Shown piece after piece: positions 1 to 11,000 of a stretch of DNA of 64,000 bases. The notes under the pieces were generated by a model. The model saw only the letters and a list, made by a program, of their open reading frames with translations. It made no database searches and was not told where the DNA came from. The stretch is from Anaerolineae bacterium (GTDB taxonomy: Bacteria > Chloroflexota > Anaerolineae > S140-20): the NCBI GenBank assembly GCA_027021705.1, contig JALUTT010000005.1, positions 10,838-74,837 of the forward strand. The letters are read 5' to 3'. Position 1 is the first letter of the stretch; the number at the start of each line of letters is the position of its first letter. A program made the translations under genes and the position numbers.

Positions 1-2573
1 TCCAGCGTGGTCGCCCGGGCCCGCACGAAGAAGGGTTGGCCGGGGGCCTTGAAGCGGCCCCCCGTCTCCAGGGTGAGCTTCTCGGCCGCGTTGAAGACCC
101 GAACGACGGTGAAACCGCTCACCGTCTGGTGACTGCCATCGTCGGCGGTCACCTCGATGCCCCAGATGGTCCGCTTCAGGCTACTGCCCCACAAAGGGCG
201 GTAGTCCGAGAAAGAAGATCGGGCCTCCAGAGTGAAGGTGTAGACACCGTTGGCGTCGGTGGTGGCCTTGATCTCCCGCCGACCGCTGGCGTACCAGGCG
301 TAGCCTTCCTCACCGCGCTCGTCCCACCAGTAGTAGGGCCGCAGGGTGTACTGCCGGACGACCAGTTGGGCGTTGGCTACCGGTTCGCCGAAGAAGTAGC
401 GGGCCTCGACGCGCACCTGGATGGGCTGGCCGGCGACGTAGTGCTCGGCGTCGGTCGTGACGGTGACCTGGTAGTCGGGCTTGCGGTAGTCCTGCACCTT
501 GAAGGGCTGTCGGTGGACGTCGTCGTCCAGGGCCACCTCGATGGCATAGTCGCCGAGCATCGCGCCCTCGGCCAGCGAGAACTGCCCGTGGACGGTGCCG
601 AAGGCGTTCGTCGTCATCGTCACCGTCCGCACCACGTTGTTGCGGGCGTCGCGGAGGCGAACGGTGACGGGCGTCCCTTCGGGGGGAAGGCTGAGCTGGG
701 CGTCGTCGTCGCGGCGCAGGATGGCCTTGAAGAAGACGGTCTGGCCCGGACGGTAGATGGGGCGGTCGGTGTAGATGTAGACGGCATAGTCGGGAGCCTG
801 GGGTGCAGGACGCCACCACCACCACCAGGGGTGGCCTCGGCTGAGCCACTCGTTGCTGAGGCCGGTGGCCGTCAGGTCGTCCCCGACGCGGGCGACGACG
901 ATGAGGGGCTGGGGGTCTCGGCTGACCTGGGTCCGGTAGAGGCCGTTGGCGTCGGTCCGCCCCCGGCTGATCAGCGTGCCGTCCCGGGCGTAGACGCTGA
1001 CCTCGGCGTTGGGGACGCTGCCGCCGTTGATGTCGGTCACCCAGGCCACGATCTGGCCCTCCGACTGCTTGAGGGCGACGACGTGGCGGGTCAGGATCAG
1101 GAGGAGTTGGTCGTTGAGGCGGCCGGCCTTCAGGTTGAGGACGTAGAGGCCCGGCGGCACGTCCTGGGGGATCTGGGCCTCCCGGAAGAGCCCTCCCTGC
1201 CGGGGCCGCGCCAGGCCGGTCCCCCGTTCTTTCCAGCCTACCCCTCCGCCGCCGGCCCTGACCTCCCAGCGCCGGACCAGGACGGCCCCCTGGGTGCTGA
1301 TGGGACGGTCCTCGAAGCCCGCCACCCCCCGGAAGCCGGAGGCGTAGCGGTCCAGGAACTGGTCCACGTCGAGGCGGTAGAGCTCGAAGACGAGGAGGGT
1401 CGGCTCGCCCTGGAAGAGCTGAAACTGAACGGCCCGCCGCCCGTCGGCGTCCACCACTTGGGCGTTGGGGCCGTAGCCGAAGCTGGCCACCTCCCGCAAC
1501 GGTCCGGTGCGGAAGGACCAGGTGTGAGGCCGACGCAGGATCGGGTCGCCTTGGGCATCGGCAGCTTCCGTTGTGATGGTGACGGTGTACTCCGTCTCTC
1601 CCTCCAGGTAGCCCTCCTCGGGCAGGAAGCGGAGGGTCGTCTCCTGCCACTCAAAGCGCCCCGCCACCGCAGGGCGGATCTGGAAGGCGGCCTCCGTCCG
1701 GGCCGGGTCCATCGGGCGGTCGAAGGTGACCTCGATGATGGAGGCCGGATGGACCTGATCCCCCGCGCGGGGGCTGACGGCGAGGATGGGCGATGGGGTG
1801 GAGAAGGTGAGCGGCTCTAGGGGGGGGAACTCGTCCCCCTCGGCACTGCAGAGGGGATCGGTGAAGCGCAGGGTGTAGTCGGCATCCTCCAGCAGGGGGA
1901 CCGTGGGCGTGATGACGACCTGGGTGTACTCTGCATCCCAAGCCATCTCCCCCTCGATGGCCGGCTCGATGGTGAGGGCCTGCTCGACGCAGGTCGGGTC
2001 CATCGAGTAGTTGAAGCGCAGGATGAGGGGAGCGCTGAGCTCGCCGCGCTTGCCCCTCCAGTCGAGGTCGGCCTGAAGGGGCTGCACCCAGTAGCTCCAG
2101 CGGTAGCTCCGCTCCAGGGGAACGCCCTGCTGGTCGGTGGCCGTGGCCTCCAGGGTGAAGCGGTAGAGGACGCCGGGCTCCAGAGGCTGACGGGGCTCGG
2201 CGATCAGGACCTCTCCCTGCTGGCGCAGGCGAAAGGAGAGGGAGGGTTCCACGTGGAGGGCGGCTGCGACGCTCGTCAGATCCATCGGGCGGTCGAAGGT
2301 GAGGCGGATGGCCGGACGGCGCTCTGCCAGACGCCCTTCAGACGGATCGCGGGCCAGCAGCCGGGGAGGGGCCTCCGCCGATAGCGACGCCGTTGCCTCG
2401 GGCAACGGCGAGGCGAGGGGGAGCGGGCTGAGGGCGGCCGGCTCTGGGGACGGTTCGCGGGGCGAGGCCGAGACCAGGTCTGGGATCGGTTCGGGGATCC
2501 CCTCGTGAGCAGCGACGGCAACACCGAGGAGGATCAAAAGGGTCAGGGCGAGACGGGCGATCAGGCGGGACAT
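1..2573 (-). CDS. Ig-like domain-containing alpha-2-macroglobulin family protein, 5' part (continues beyond the left edge)
   Basis: Absent from the ORF track because no stop falls in the window. ATG at 2573 with GGAGG RBS (2581-2585); signal-like N-terminus MSRLIARLALTLLILLGVAVAA; Big_5-like repeats (FDRPMD, FNYSMD); MG2 motif YIYTDRPIYRPGQTVFFKAI and FKVQDYRKPDY. Confidence 0.85.
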   Translation of the reverse strand, partial: MSRLIARLALTLLILLGVAVAAHEGIPEPIPDLVSASPREPSPEPAALSPLPLASPLPEATASLSAEAPPRLLARDPSEGRLAERRPAIRLTFDRPMDLTSVAAALHVEPSLSFRLRQQGEVLIAEPRQPLEPGVLYRFTLEATATDQQGVPLERSYRWSYWVQPLQADLDWRGKRGELSAPLILRFNYSMDPTCVEQALTIEPAIEGEMAWDAEYTQVVITPTVPLLEDADYTLRFTDPLCSAEGDEFPPLEPLTFSTPSPILAVSPRAGDQVHPASIIEVTFDRPMDPARTEAAFQIRPAVAGRFEWQETTLRFLPEEGYLEGETEYTVTITTEAADAQGDPILRRPHTWSFRTGPLREVASFGYGPNAQVVDADGRRAVQFQLFQGEPTLLVFELYRLDVDQFLDRYASGFRGVAGFEDRPISTQGAVLVRRWEVRAGGGGVGWKERGTGLARPRQGGLFREAQIPQDVPPGLYVLNLKAGRLNDQLLLILTRHVVALKQSEGQIVAWVTDINGGSVPNAEVSVYARDGTLISRGRTDANGLYRTQVSRDPQPLIVVARVGDDLTATGLSNEWLSRGHPWWWWWRPAPQAPDYAVYIYTDRPIYRPGQTVFFKAILRRDDDAQLSLPPEGTPVTVRLRDARNNVVRTVTMTTNAFGTVHGQFSLAEGAMLGDYAIEVALDDDVHRQPFKVQDYRKPDYQVTVTTDAEHYVAGQPIQVRVEARYFFGEPVANAQLVVRQYTLRPYYWWDERGEEGYAWYASGRREIKATTDANGVYTFTLEARSSFSDYRPLWGSSLKRTIWGIEVTADDGSHQTVSGFTVVRVFNAAEKLTLETGGRFKAPGQPFFVRARATTL

Positions 2574-2749
2574 TGGGCCACCTCCGTTCAGAGCTCGACA
2601 GGCACAGACACTTCCCTTCATCGCCTCCAAGGATAGCACAGATGCAGCGGGAAGAATGGACGGGAATGGGGTGATGAAGGGATGACTGCCCGTCGTTTTC
2701 CCGACGGCGGTGGTCAAAGGGCCTTCTTGGGGATCGGCGTCGGTGCCAG

Positions 2750-3286
2750 CTATGGCCGTCGGCGGAGGAGTGCCTTCATTCCCTCCAGGAACTGGGGCAA
2801 CGTCTGGTGGGGGAAGCGGGGCCAGGTGGCGATCAGGACGAAGCCGATGTAGGCCAGCGCCAGAGCGCCCTGGAGCGGTGTGTGGCGCAGGGCCAGGTAG
2901 AGGATCGCCCCATAGGGCGGGGCCTGCACCGCCCATCCCAACTCCGCCGAGCGGGTGCGCTCCATCGCCAGGGTGGTGAGGAGGAGGTAGAGCAGGGCCA
3001 GGGAGAGGGGAAAGTAGCCGCTCAACCCCATGTAGGCGGTCAGGGCGAAGGCAACGGCCACATCGGCGGCCAGGTCGTTGTCTCCCAGCCAGGTCTGGAG
3101 TGCATGAGGGTCTCGGCGGGCCAGAGGACCATCCAGCAGGTCGGTCAGCCAGCCGAAGACGAGGGCGGTGACGACGCTCCCCAGGGCAGCAGGACCACCG
3201 ACGACTCCCATCCAGAGGATCAGGCCGGCGATGAGGAGCCGCGTGGCCGTCAGTAGATCGGCCAGACGTTTCGCTTGGATTCCCAT
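2750..3286 (-). CDS. CDP-alcohol phosphatidyltransferase family membrane protein
   Basis: Motif DLLDGPLARR..LGDNDLAAD, multiple hydrophobic helices; start placed at ATG 3286 after AGGAGG. Confidence 0.75.
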   Translation of the reverse strand: MGIQAKRLADLLTATRLLIAGLILWMGVVGGPAALGSVVTALVFGWLTDLLDGPLARRDPHALQTWLGDNDLAADVAVAFALTAYMGLSGYFPLSLALLYLLLTTLAMERTRSAELGWAVQAPPYGAILYLALRHTPLQGALALAYIGFVLIATWPRFPHQTLPQFLEGMKALLRRRP

Positions 3287-3330
3287 CTCGTCCCTCCTGT
3301 CAACGTGCACCGGAGCCGGCCCGTATCCTG

Positions 3331-3359
3331 ATTATACATTCCCCAGCAGGGAGCGTCAA
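3331..3359 (-). promoter_or_regulatory. sigma70-type promoter for the 2750-3286 gene
   Basis: Minus strand TTGACG-N17-TATAAT. Confidence 0.7.
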
Positions 3360-3407
3360 TTCTTTGCTTAAGTTTGCAACGGACCAAGCATCCAGGAGGG
3401 GGCTCTG

Positions 3408-4016
3408 CTACGCCTTGCCTCGGCTCAAGTAACCTGCCACCATCTCGGTGAGCTCCCGCCACCAAGCGCGGGTGTTGCGAAAGAAGCGGTGCCAGTGGAG
3501 CAGAAGCTGGAGCAACAGGAAGGCCAGGACGCCCCCCCCCCACCGAGGGGCGTGCCAGAGCACCGTCAGGACACAAGTGATGTCCACGGGGCGGAGCAGG
3601 GCGATGGTCACCGCCTTGCGCCGGGCCCGCACGATGGCGAGGAGGGCTAGGGTCAGGTAGACCAGGATGGGGACGAGGGGGAGGAAGCCGGCCAGTCCCA
3701 GGTAGAGCAGGGTCGCCCAGGCCAGCGTCACGTCGAAGGTGAAGTCGTGCCGACCCAGGCGGGTGGTCAGCGCGGGGCCGGCCCAGCGAGCCAACGGCCC
3801 ATCCAGCGCATCGCAGGTCCAGCCCAGCAGCGTGACGACGATGGCCAGGGGGAGGGCGGGGGCCCCGACGGTCAGCCCCAACCCGATCAGGGTGAGGGCG
3901 GCGCTAAGGCGGCCCAGCGTGCACAGGTCGGCGAGGAGGACCAGCAGCCGCCGGCCCCAGGCAGCGGGCGACCTGGAAACCGGCCTCTCTTCGGCAGGGG
4001 GAGGCGATGGGGTCAT
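3408..4016 (-). CDS. CDP-alcohol phosphatidyltransferase family membrane protein
   Basis: Motif DALDGPLAR..LGRHDFTFD; start overlaps the stop of the upstream kinase (ATGA). Confidence 0.75.
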   Translation of the reverse strand: MTPSPPPAEERPVSRSPAAWGRRLLVLLADLCTLGRLSAALTLIGLGLTVGAPALPLAIVVTLLGWTCDALDGPLARWAGPALTTRLGRHDFTFDVTLAWATLLYLGLAGFLPLVPILVYLTLALLAIVRARRKAVTIALLRPVDITCVLTVLWHAPRWGGGVLAFLLLQLLLHWHRFFRNTRAWWRELTEMVAGYLSRGKA

Positions 4017-7000
4017 TCGTCGTCGAGGGGCGGCAGATCGGCAGTGGGGAGGGTGAAGTAGAAGATGCTGCCTGGACCGTTGGCGGGCGTTTCGACCCAG
4101 ATGCGACCGCCGTGGGCCTCAACGGCCAGCTTGCAGAAGGCTAGCCCCAGACCGCTCCCGTGGCGACCCATAGAGGCACGGTTGGGCACTTGGAAGAAGC
4201 GATCGAAGACCCGATCCTGAAACTCCTCAGGGATGCCGGGACCGGTGTCGCGCACCGCGCAGCGGATGAAGTGGTTGTCCAGCGGTTCCACCCGGATCAC
4301 CACCTCGCCTCCCATCGGGGTGAACTTTAGGGCGTTGTCCAACAGGTTAAGCAGGACCCGCTCGATCTGTTCCCGGTCCACGTTCACCATCGGCAGGCCG
4401 TCGGAGATCTCCTCCCGGACCAAGACACCCCGGTCTACGGCCAGCGGGCGCAGTTGAGAGGTGGCCGTGCGGATCAGTGGGGGGAGGGGCTCTGGCCGCT
4501 GCTCTATAGGCATCTCGCCGGCCTCCAGACGGCTGATGGTGAGCAGGAGTTCCACCAGGTTCAGCATGTGCTGACAACTCCGCTCGGCGACCTCCAGGGC
4601 CTGAACGTTGGTCTCATCGTCCGTCACCCCATCCTTGACCAGACGCAATCCCCCCATAATGGCGGTCAAGGGGCTGCGCAGGTCGTGGATGATCATATCG
4701 GTGAGTTCCTCCCGCATCCGCTCCAACTCCTTCTCCTCGGTGATGTCGCGGAAGACGAGGAGTTGGCCGATGACCTGGCCGGCATCGTTGAGCACAGGGG
4801 TGCTGAAGTGCTGGAGGAAGCGGGTTTGAGGACCCGGCACCTCGATGACCTGAGGGCGTTGAGAGGGGGCAGCGAGCAGGTGGGAGGCACCATCCTCGAT
4901 CTGATAGCCCAGCAGCACCGCCAGATCCTCTGCTCCATCGCCAGCGGCCCTGGAGATCACCTTGCCCAGCAGGCTCTCGGCCGAGACACCAAAGAGGGCC
5001 TCAATCTGGCTGTTGGCCATCAGGATGCGACCGCTGTTGTCCAGCATGAGGATCCCCTCGCGCGTGGAGTTGAGGATCGCCTCCAGCCGGTCCCGCCCCT
5101 GGCGTACCTGTTCGAAGAGGCGGGCTGTGGCGATGGCCGCAGCAGCCTGGCTGGCCAGGGCGGAGACAAGCCTCACCTCGTTGGCACTGTAAGCGTGGGG
5201 ACGGTGGCTGTTAACGTAGAGCACCCCCAGCACCTCCCCCCGGCTCACCAGGGGCACACCGATCAGCGAACGGATACCGTGCTGTAGGACGTAGGGGCTG
5301 ATGTCGGGATAGGTCAGGGTATCTTGGATCAGCACCGGTTCCTGGCTGGCGACGATCTGGCGGGTGATCCCGTGGGGGCGGATGGGCAGGTCGGCCCCCT
5401 CGTCGGAGGCAGAACCGGCGACGCTGGCCCGGATGAACTCGTCCTGCTCCTTGTCGTAGAGATAGAGGGTCACCCCATCCGAGCGGGTCAACTGCTGGGC
5501 AATACGGCCAATCTCGGCCAGGAGGTCGGGCAGATCCAGGCTGGAGGCCAAGGCCAGGCTGGCCTGGTAGAGCTGCGAGAGTTCCAGAACCCGCTGGTTG
5601 CTCTCCTGAAAAAGTTGAGCGTTCTCCAGAGCTACGGCCGCCTGGGTCGCCAGATGCTGGACGAAGCGGAGGTCCTGGTGGTCGAAGGCGTCGAGCTTAT
5701 GGCTTTCCAGGTTGATCACGCCTAGAACCTCACCGCTGCGGACGATGGGCACGGTGAGTTGAGAGCGGACCTGGGGGTCTAGGGCCACGTGATCGGGGTC
5801 CTGACGCACATCCGACACCATCGCAACCTGGCCGGTGCGGATGACACGCCCGACGATCCCCTCGGTCAGCGGACGGGCCTGGCTTTGCGGTGTATCCGAT
5901 CGGAAGCCCCGGTGGACCACTACCTGCACCTGCTCTAGGGCGGTATCCACCATAGCGATGCTTCCCTGGGTTGCCCCTGTGGCGATCATCGCGTGTTCTA
6001 GGACCATCTCGATGACCCGCTCTGGGGCCAAGGTGGAAGCCAGCTGTCGTCCGATGGCCTCGATGGCGGCCAACTCCTCAACACGCCGGGCCAGGGCCTG
6101 GTCGGTGCGAGCGTAGAGGCGGGCGTTGGCGATAGCGGCCGCTGCCTGGTTGGCGAAGGTGGTCAGCAGGTCTCGCTCGGCCAGGGTGAAGCGGTGGGGA
6201 TGGATGTAGTAGATGGACAGGACGCCGATAAGTTGGTCCCGGCTGATCAGCGGGATGTCGGCGAAGGCGCGGAATCCCTCCTTGCGAGCCAGTTCCTGCA
6301 GGTCGGCGAAGCGGGAATCGGCTTCGATGTCGGGTACGATGACGGGCTTTCCCTCCATCGCGGCGAGGACACGGCTCCCCCCGCCCAAGGGGATTGTCTG
6401 GGAGACCCTGATGTAAGCTTCTTGAAGCTCGTGGGAGGCGGCCAGCCGCATCGCGCCCGCGTCGGTGTCCAACAGGAAGATGGCCGACTTCTGACAACCC
6501 ATCACCGGGATGACGGAGGTAGTCACGATCTCCAGTACCCGATCCAGGTCCAGGGTGGAGCCGACGGCGGTGGAAACCGTGTTGAGGAGGGCCAATTCGG
6601 CGGCCCGGCGCCGCATCTGGCCGTAGAGCCGGGCGTTCTCGATGGCGACGGCCGCCTGGGCAGCCAGCAGAGAGAGGATCTCCCGGTCCGAAGGACCGTA
6701 GGCGTCGGACTGGTGGTGGTTCTGGACCACAATGGCTCCCAGCACCTGATCGCGGGCGATGAGGGGGACGCCCAACCAGGCGCGGGGCGAAGGGGTGGTC
6801 CCTTCCAACCCATGGGCTTCGAGGAAGTCGGGCACGTTGCCCTGCAGGAGCAAGGGCTCCCGGGTGCGGATCAGGTAGTCAATCAGCCGGTTGCCCAGAG
6901 GACGCGCTCCCTGGTGTTGGCGCTGGCCCTCTTCAACGATGAGGGGAAAGGTGATCTCATCGGTCGTGACATCGTAGAGGGCCAGGACAAATCGGTCCAC

Positions 7001-7861
7001 CTCCATCAACTGGACAGTGTGCTGGTAAAGGGTCTCCAGGAGGATGTCCAGGTCTAGGCTATCCCCCAGCATCTGGCCGATGCGCCCCAGCGTCTGAAGC
7101 TCCTGGACCCGCTTCTCCAGCCGGCGTCGCGTCTCCTGCAACCGGCCACTCAGGGCGGAGAAGAGGGCCAACCCCAGACCGGTCAGGAGGAGCAAGGAGA
7201 AGGCTGCCTTCAGGTAGAGGTAGGCGAAGAGAAGGGCGAAAGGGAGCGGGAGGAGGTAGGCGAGGGGCAGGGTGATCCAAGGTGAGTAGTGGAAGAAGGG
7301 GGCTTCTACCGTCCGATGGGCCGGCGTCAACCCCTGCTCCCAGGAGACCAGCAGGCGGACGAAAGTGCTGTGAGCCAGGAAGTAAGCGAAGAAGAGCACG
7401 AGCAGGGGGAGAGGGGGCGGCGGGAACCGCCAGGGTAGTTCTCCTCCGGCGACCAGGAAGAGGCCAGCAGCGACGAGGGTGCTCAGGGCGTGGAGGCCGA
7501 TGCGGCTCAGCGCCGTGGAAAAGCGCTGCCTCCAGGGATGAGGTGGCTGTCCCAGGAACCAGGCAAAAGCCGGCTGGAGAATCTCTGCCAGAAGAAAGCC
7601 CACCACCGCTACCCAGAGCGCCAGGGCTGCCCCTGACGCCAGCAAGGCGGCCAGGATGATGATATGGGCCATGCTGACGTATCCCGAGTCCAGGGGGAAT
7701 CCCAGCCGGGCTGCCAGGACCACCAACAGAGTGAAGAGGGCCAGGGCGATCAGGTCTCCTTCTCTCAGCCCTGGGGAGACGAGGCTGACGAGGATAGCAG
7801 AGAGCAAGCCGAGGATGCCAAGGAAGAAGTGGACCTTTCCCTGCTGGCCTGGGTTGGACAT
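4013..7861 (-). CDS. Membrane sensor histidine kinase (multi-TM, 4 GAF, PAS, HisKA, HATPase)
   Basis: H-box IHDLRSPLT, N-box NLLDNALKF, G boxes DTGPGI and GSGLGL; four repeated AAxAIxNARL-type GAF ends; ATG 7861 after GAGGAG. Confidence 0.9.
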   Translation of the reverse strand: MSNPGQQGKVHFFLGILGLLSAILVSLVSPGLREGDLIALALFTLLVVLAARLGFPLDSGYVSMAHIIILAALLASGAALALWVAVVGFLLAEILQPAFAWFLGQPPHPWRQRFSTALSRIGLHALSTLVAAGLFLVAGGELPWRFPPPPLPLLVLFFAYFLAHSTFVRLLVSWEQGLTPAHRTVEAPFFHYSPWITLPLAYLLPLPFALLFAYLYLKAAFSLLLLTGLGLALFSALSGRLQETRRRLEKRVQELQTLGRIGQMLGDSLDLDILLETLYQHTVQLMEVDRFVLALYDVTTDEITFPLIVEEGQRQHQGARPLGNRLIDYLIRTREPLLLQGNVPDFLEAHGLEGTTPSPRAWLGVPLIARDQVLGAIVVQNHHQSDAYGPSDREILSLLAAQAAVAIENARLYGQMRRRAAELALLNTVSTAVGSTLDLDRVLEIVTTSVIPVMGCQKSAIFLLDTDAGAMRLAASHELQEAYIRVSQTIPLGGGSRVLAAMEGKPVIVPDIEADSRFADLQELARKEGFRAFADIPLISRDQLIGVLSIYYIHPHRFTLAERDLLTTFANQAAAAIANARLYARTDQALARRVEELAAIEAIGRQLASTLAPERVIEMVLEHAMIATGATQGSIAMVDTALEQVQVVVHRGFRSDTPQSQARPLTEGIVGRVIRTGQVAMVSDVRQDPDHVALDPQVRSQLTVPIVRSGEVLGVINLESHKLDAFDHQDLRFVQHLATQAAVALENAQLFQESNQRVLELSQLYQASLALASSLDLPDLLAEIGRIAQQLTRSDGVTLYLYDKEQDEFIRASVAGSASDEGADLPIRPHGITRQIVASQEPVLIQDTLTYPDISPYVLQHGIRSLIGVPLVSRGEVLGVLYVNSHRPHAYSANEVRLVSALASQAAAAIATARLFEQVRQGRDRLEAILNSTREGILMLDNSGRILMANSQIEALFGVSAESLLGKVISRAAGDGAEDLAVLLGYQIEDGASHLLAAPSQRPQVIEVPGPQTRFLQHFSTPVLNDAGQVIGQLLVFRDITEEKELERMREELTDMIIHDLRSPLTAIMGGLRLVKDGVTDDETNVQALEVAERSCQHMLNLVELLLTISRLEAGEMPIEQRPEPLPPLIRTATSQLRPLAVDRGVLVREEISDGLPMVNVDREQIERVLLNLLDNALKFTPMGGEVVIRVEPLDNHFIRCAVRDTGPGIPEEFQDRVFDRFFQVPNRASMGRHGSGLGLAFCKLAVEAHGGRIWVETPANGPGSIFYFTLPTADLPPLDDE

Positions 7862-7899
7862 TGGACTCCACTCCTCGCACAACCAACTCACCCATCCCT

Positions 7900-8049
7900 G
7901 GTGATTACCCCCCAGTGAGCAAGGGAGTGGGCCATAGCGGGCTGTCCACGAATCCTCACGAATGCACGAATGGGGCGGCTCCTCATTCGTGTGTTCGTGC
8001 CCATTCGTGGACGGCTCACTTCCCCACCCCCAAGATACAGGTGATCACC
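7900..8049. mobile_element. ~150 bp MITE-like element, copy 1
   Basis: Terminal inverted repeats GGTGATTACC...GGTGATCACC, internal CACGAA/TTCGTG palindromic array; diverged inverted copy at 61090-61242. Confidence 0.7.
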
Positions 8050-8095
8050 AAACCCATCAGGACGGTAGGGCGCGCCTTTGGTGGGCCATCCAGCA

Positions 8096-11000
8096 TTAGG
8101 GTGGGTCGGCGATGGGCAGGGTAAAGCGGAAGATGCTACCCTCGGGGACGGCAGGCTCAACCCAGATCTGCCCTCCGTGGGCCTCGACGACCAGCTTGCA
8201 GAAGGTCAGACCTAGACCGGCTCCCCGACGCTGCCCATCCACCTGGATGAACCGCTCGAAGATCTTCTCTCGGTACTCAGGGGGGATACCCGGTCCGGTG
8301 TCGGCCACCGAGAGGCAGATCACCTCCCCCTCCCTCCGGTCGGTCATCAGCTCTGCCGAGAGCGTGACACGCCCTTTGGGGTTGGAGTACTTGATGGCGT
8401 TGTCCATCAAGTTGATCAGCACGCGGTGGATCAACTCCTGATCCGCGTGAGCCGGGGGGAGGTCGGGGGGGAGTTCCGTTCGGAGCGTGATCTCGTTCCG
8501 CTCGGCCAGGGGCCACATCTGCTCCAGCGCCGTCTGGGCCAGATCGGCGATGGAACAGGGGGCCAGGTGCAGGGGCATCTGCCCAGCCTCCAGCCGGCTG
8601 ATGTCCAGCAGGGAGTTCACCAGGTGCAGGATCTGGTTGGAGGACTCCGTGGCCATAGCCAGAGCGTTCAAGGCGATCTCTATCTCTCCCCCGTCCTGCA
8701 GCACGTCGGCCGCCAACTCGATACCGCCGACCACAGCGGTCAGAGGGCTGCGGATGTCGTGGATGATCATGTTGGTCAGGTCCTGGCGCATCCGGGCCAG
8801 GTGGCGCTCCTCCGTTACATCGCGCAGGAGCATGATGCGACCGATCACTTCCCCCTGCCGGTTGCGCACCGGGGTGGCCGTGCGCTCGATCTCCCGGGGG
8901 ATGGGGCCGGCCAGTTCGAAGGAGCGCTTCTCCACCTCCTCGCTACGGCTCTGCAACTGCGCGGAGAAGCGGTCCAGATCCTCAGGAGCGTAGCCTAGCA
9001 TCTCCAGAATCCGGGGACCGTGTTGGGCCACGACCTCCTCGATGGTGTGACCCAGCAGTTGCTCCGGCGGAATGCCGCTGAGGGCTTCGATGGTCGGGTT
9101 GACCAGGACAATCCGCCCCTCCCGGTCGAAGACCAGGATGCCCTCGTGGATGGAATCCACAATCGCCTGGAGGTTATCCCGACCCTCGCGCACCTGCTGG
9201 AAGAGGCGGGCGTTCTCGATGGCGATGGCGGCCATCTCCGCCAGGTGGGAGACGAAATGCAGGTCGTCCTTGCTGAAGCCCTGAGAACGGTTGCTCTCCA
9301 GGCAGACAACGCCCAGGACCCGTTTCTCCTTGACAATGGGCACGGCGATTTGGGCCACGGTGTCGGGGCGACGGCTCCCGTGGGCCGGATCTTCCTGCAC
9401 GTTGGGGACCAGGGCCGGCTCCCCTGTGCGGACCACCCGACCGATGAGCCCGTGGGTGAGGGGCCAGAGATCACCCCGATACGGAGAAAGGACCTCCTCC
9501 GGGTAGCCCTGATGGGCGATCAGCCGTAGTCCCTGCTCCTTCTCCTCGTAGAGGGCGAGGAGGCCGGCCGTAGCCCCCGTCGTTCCCATGGCCCGCTGCA
9601 GAAGCAGGTTGAAAACGCGCTCTAGGTCTAGGGTGGAGGTCAGTTCCCGCCCGATCTCCTCGATGGCCGAGAGTTGCTCCACCCGTCGGGTCAGGGCCCG
9701 GTCGGTCAGATCGTAGAGTAGGGCGTTCTCCAGCGCGATCGCCACTTGGTTGGCGAAGGTGGTCAACAGTTCCACCTCAGCAGGAGGGAAGACGTGGGGC
9801 TGGCTGTAGTAGACGGTAAGCGAGCCCAGAACCCGCTCCCGGCCCCGCATCGGAGCATCGGCAAAAGCAACAAAGCCCTCTTGCTCGGCCAGCGGGAGGA
9901 GATAGGCCAGAGAGGGCTCCTTGCGGATGTCGGGGACGATGAGGGGGTAGCGGTCCAAGATCACCTGCCCCCGTCCTTCAGGCTCGATGGGAATGTGCTG
10001 AGATTGGGCGACGAAGTTCTCGCTCAGCCCCCACGAGGTGTGCAGAGACAACTCTCTCCGCTCCTCATCTAACAGGAAGATGGCCGCTTTCTGGCAGTTG
10101 AGGGCCTGGACCAGGGAGTAGACGACGACCTGCAGGATCTCATCTGGGTCTAGTGAGGAACTGGCGACGGCTGCCAGGGTGTTCAGGGTGGCCAGTTCGT
10201 CTGCCCGCATCATCGCTTCGGCGTAGAGTTGGGCGTTCTCGATGGCCACACTGGCCATATTGGCGACCACCTCGAGCGTGGAGAGGGTCTCCTGGGTGAA
10301 GGCCCCAGGCCGATCGGAGACCATCTCCAGCGTGCCGATGAGACGATCGCCGCTCAGAAGGGGCACCCCCACGTAGGCGCGGATGAAGAGCGCCGCCTTT
10401 CCCGTTGGGGGCTGCAGTTCCGAAAGCCGGGAGGTATCGGGGACCAACAGGGGGGTCCGGTGCTGGACAATCCAGTCGCTGTACGTCTGGTTCGCCCAAT
10501 GACCGCTGTTCTCCTCGCCCGAGGGGAGGTCCTCGTTCGCTTCCCGGCGCACGATCAGGCTGTTCGACGCCTCGTCCCAGAGGCAGACCCTGGCCGCTCG
10601 GTAATCCCCTAGGGTCCGCAGGTTGTCCAGGATCGCCTTGAGCACGGTGTCCAGGTCCAGGGAGGCGTTGATGGCCTGGGCGATCTGGTTGAGGGTGGAA
10701 AGCTCGTGGGCTCGACGCTTCTCCTCGGCCAGAAGAGCCTCGGTGGTGGTCACGTCCCGGAGCAGCAGGGTGACGACCAAGGAGCCATCCAAGGGGATCC
10801 GCTGGCACAGAGCCTTCATCGAGCGATCGCCCACCTGGAGATGGCACTCCCCTCCGGCCTCCAGGAGGGAGAGGAAGGCACCCTGGGGGACGATGGTGGA
10901 GGTCAAGTCGCGGAGCTCACCACCACCGGGCTGGACGCCCAGCCACTCCTGCGCCACGACGTTGGCGAACAGGATCTGTCCCTGCGGGTCGGCGACCAGT

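Noticed and set aside
36..1820. 594-aa plus-strand ORF
   Set aside because: Antisense shadow of the minus-strand A2M gene; no recognisable motifs
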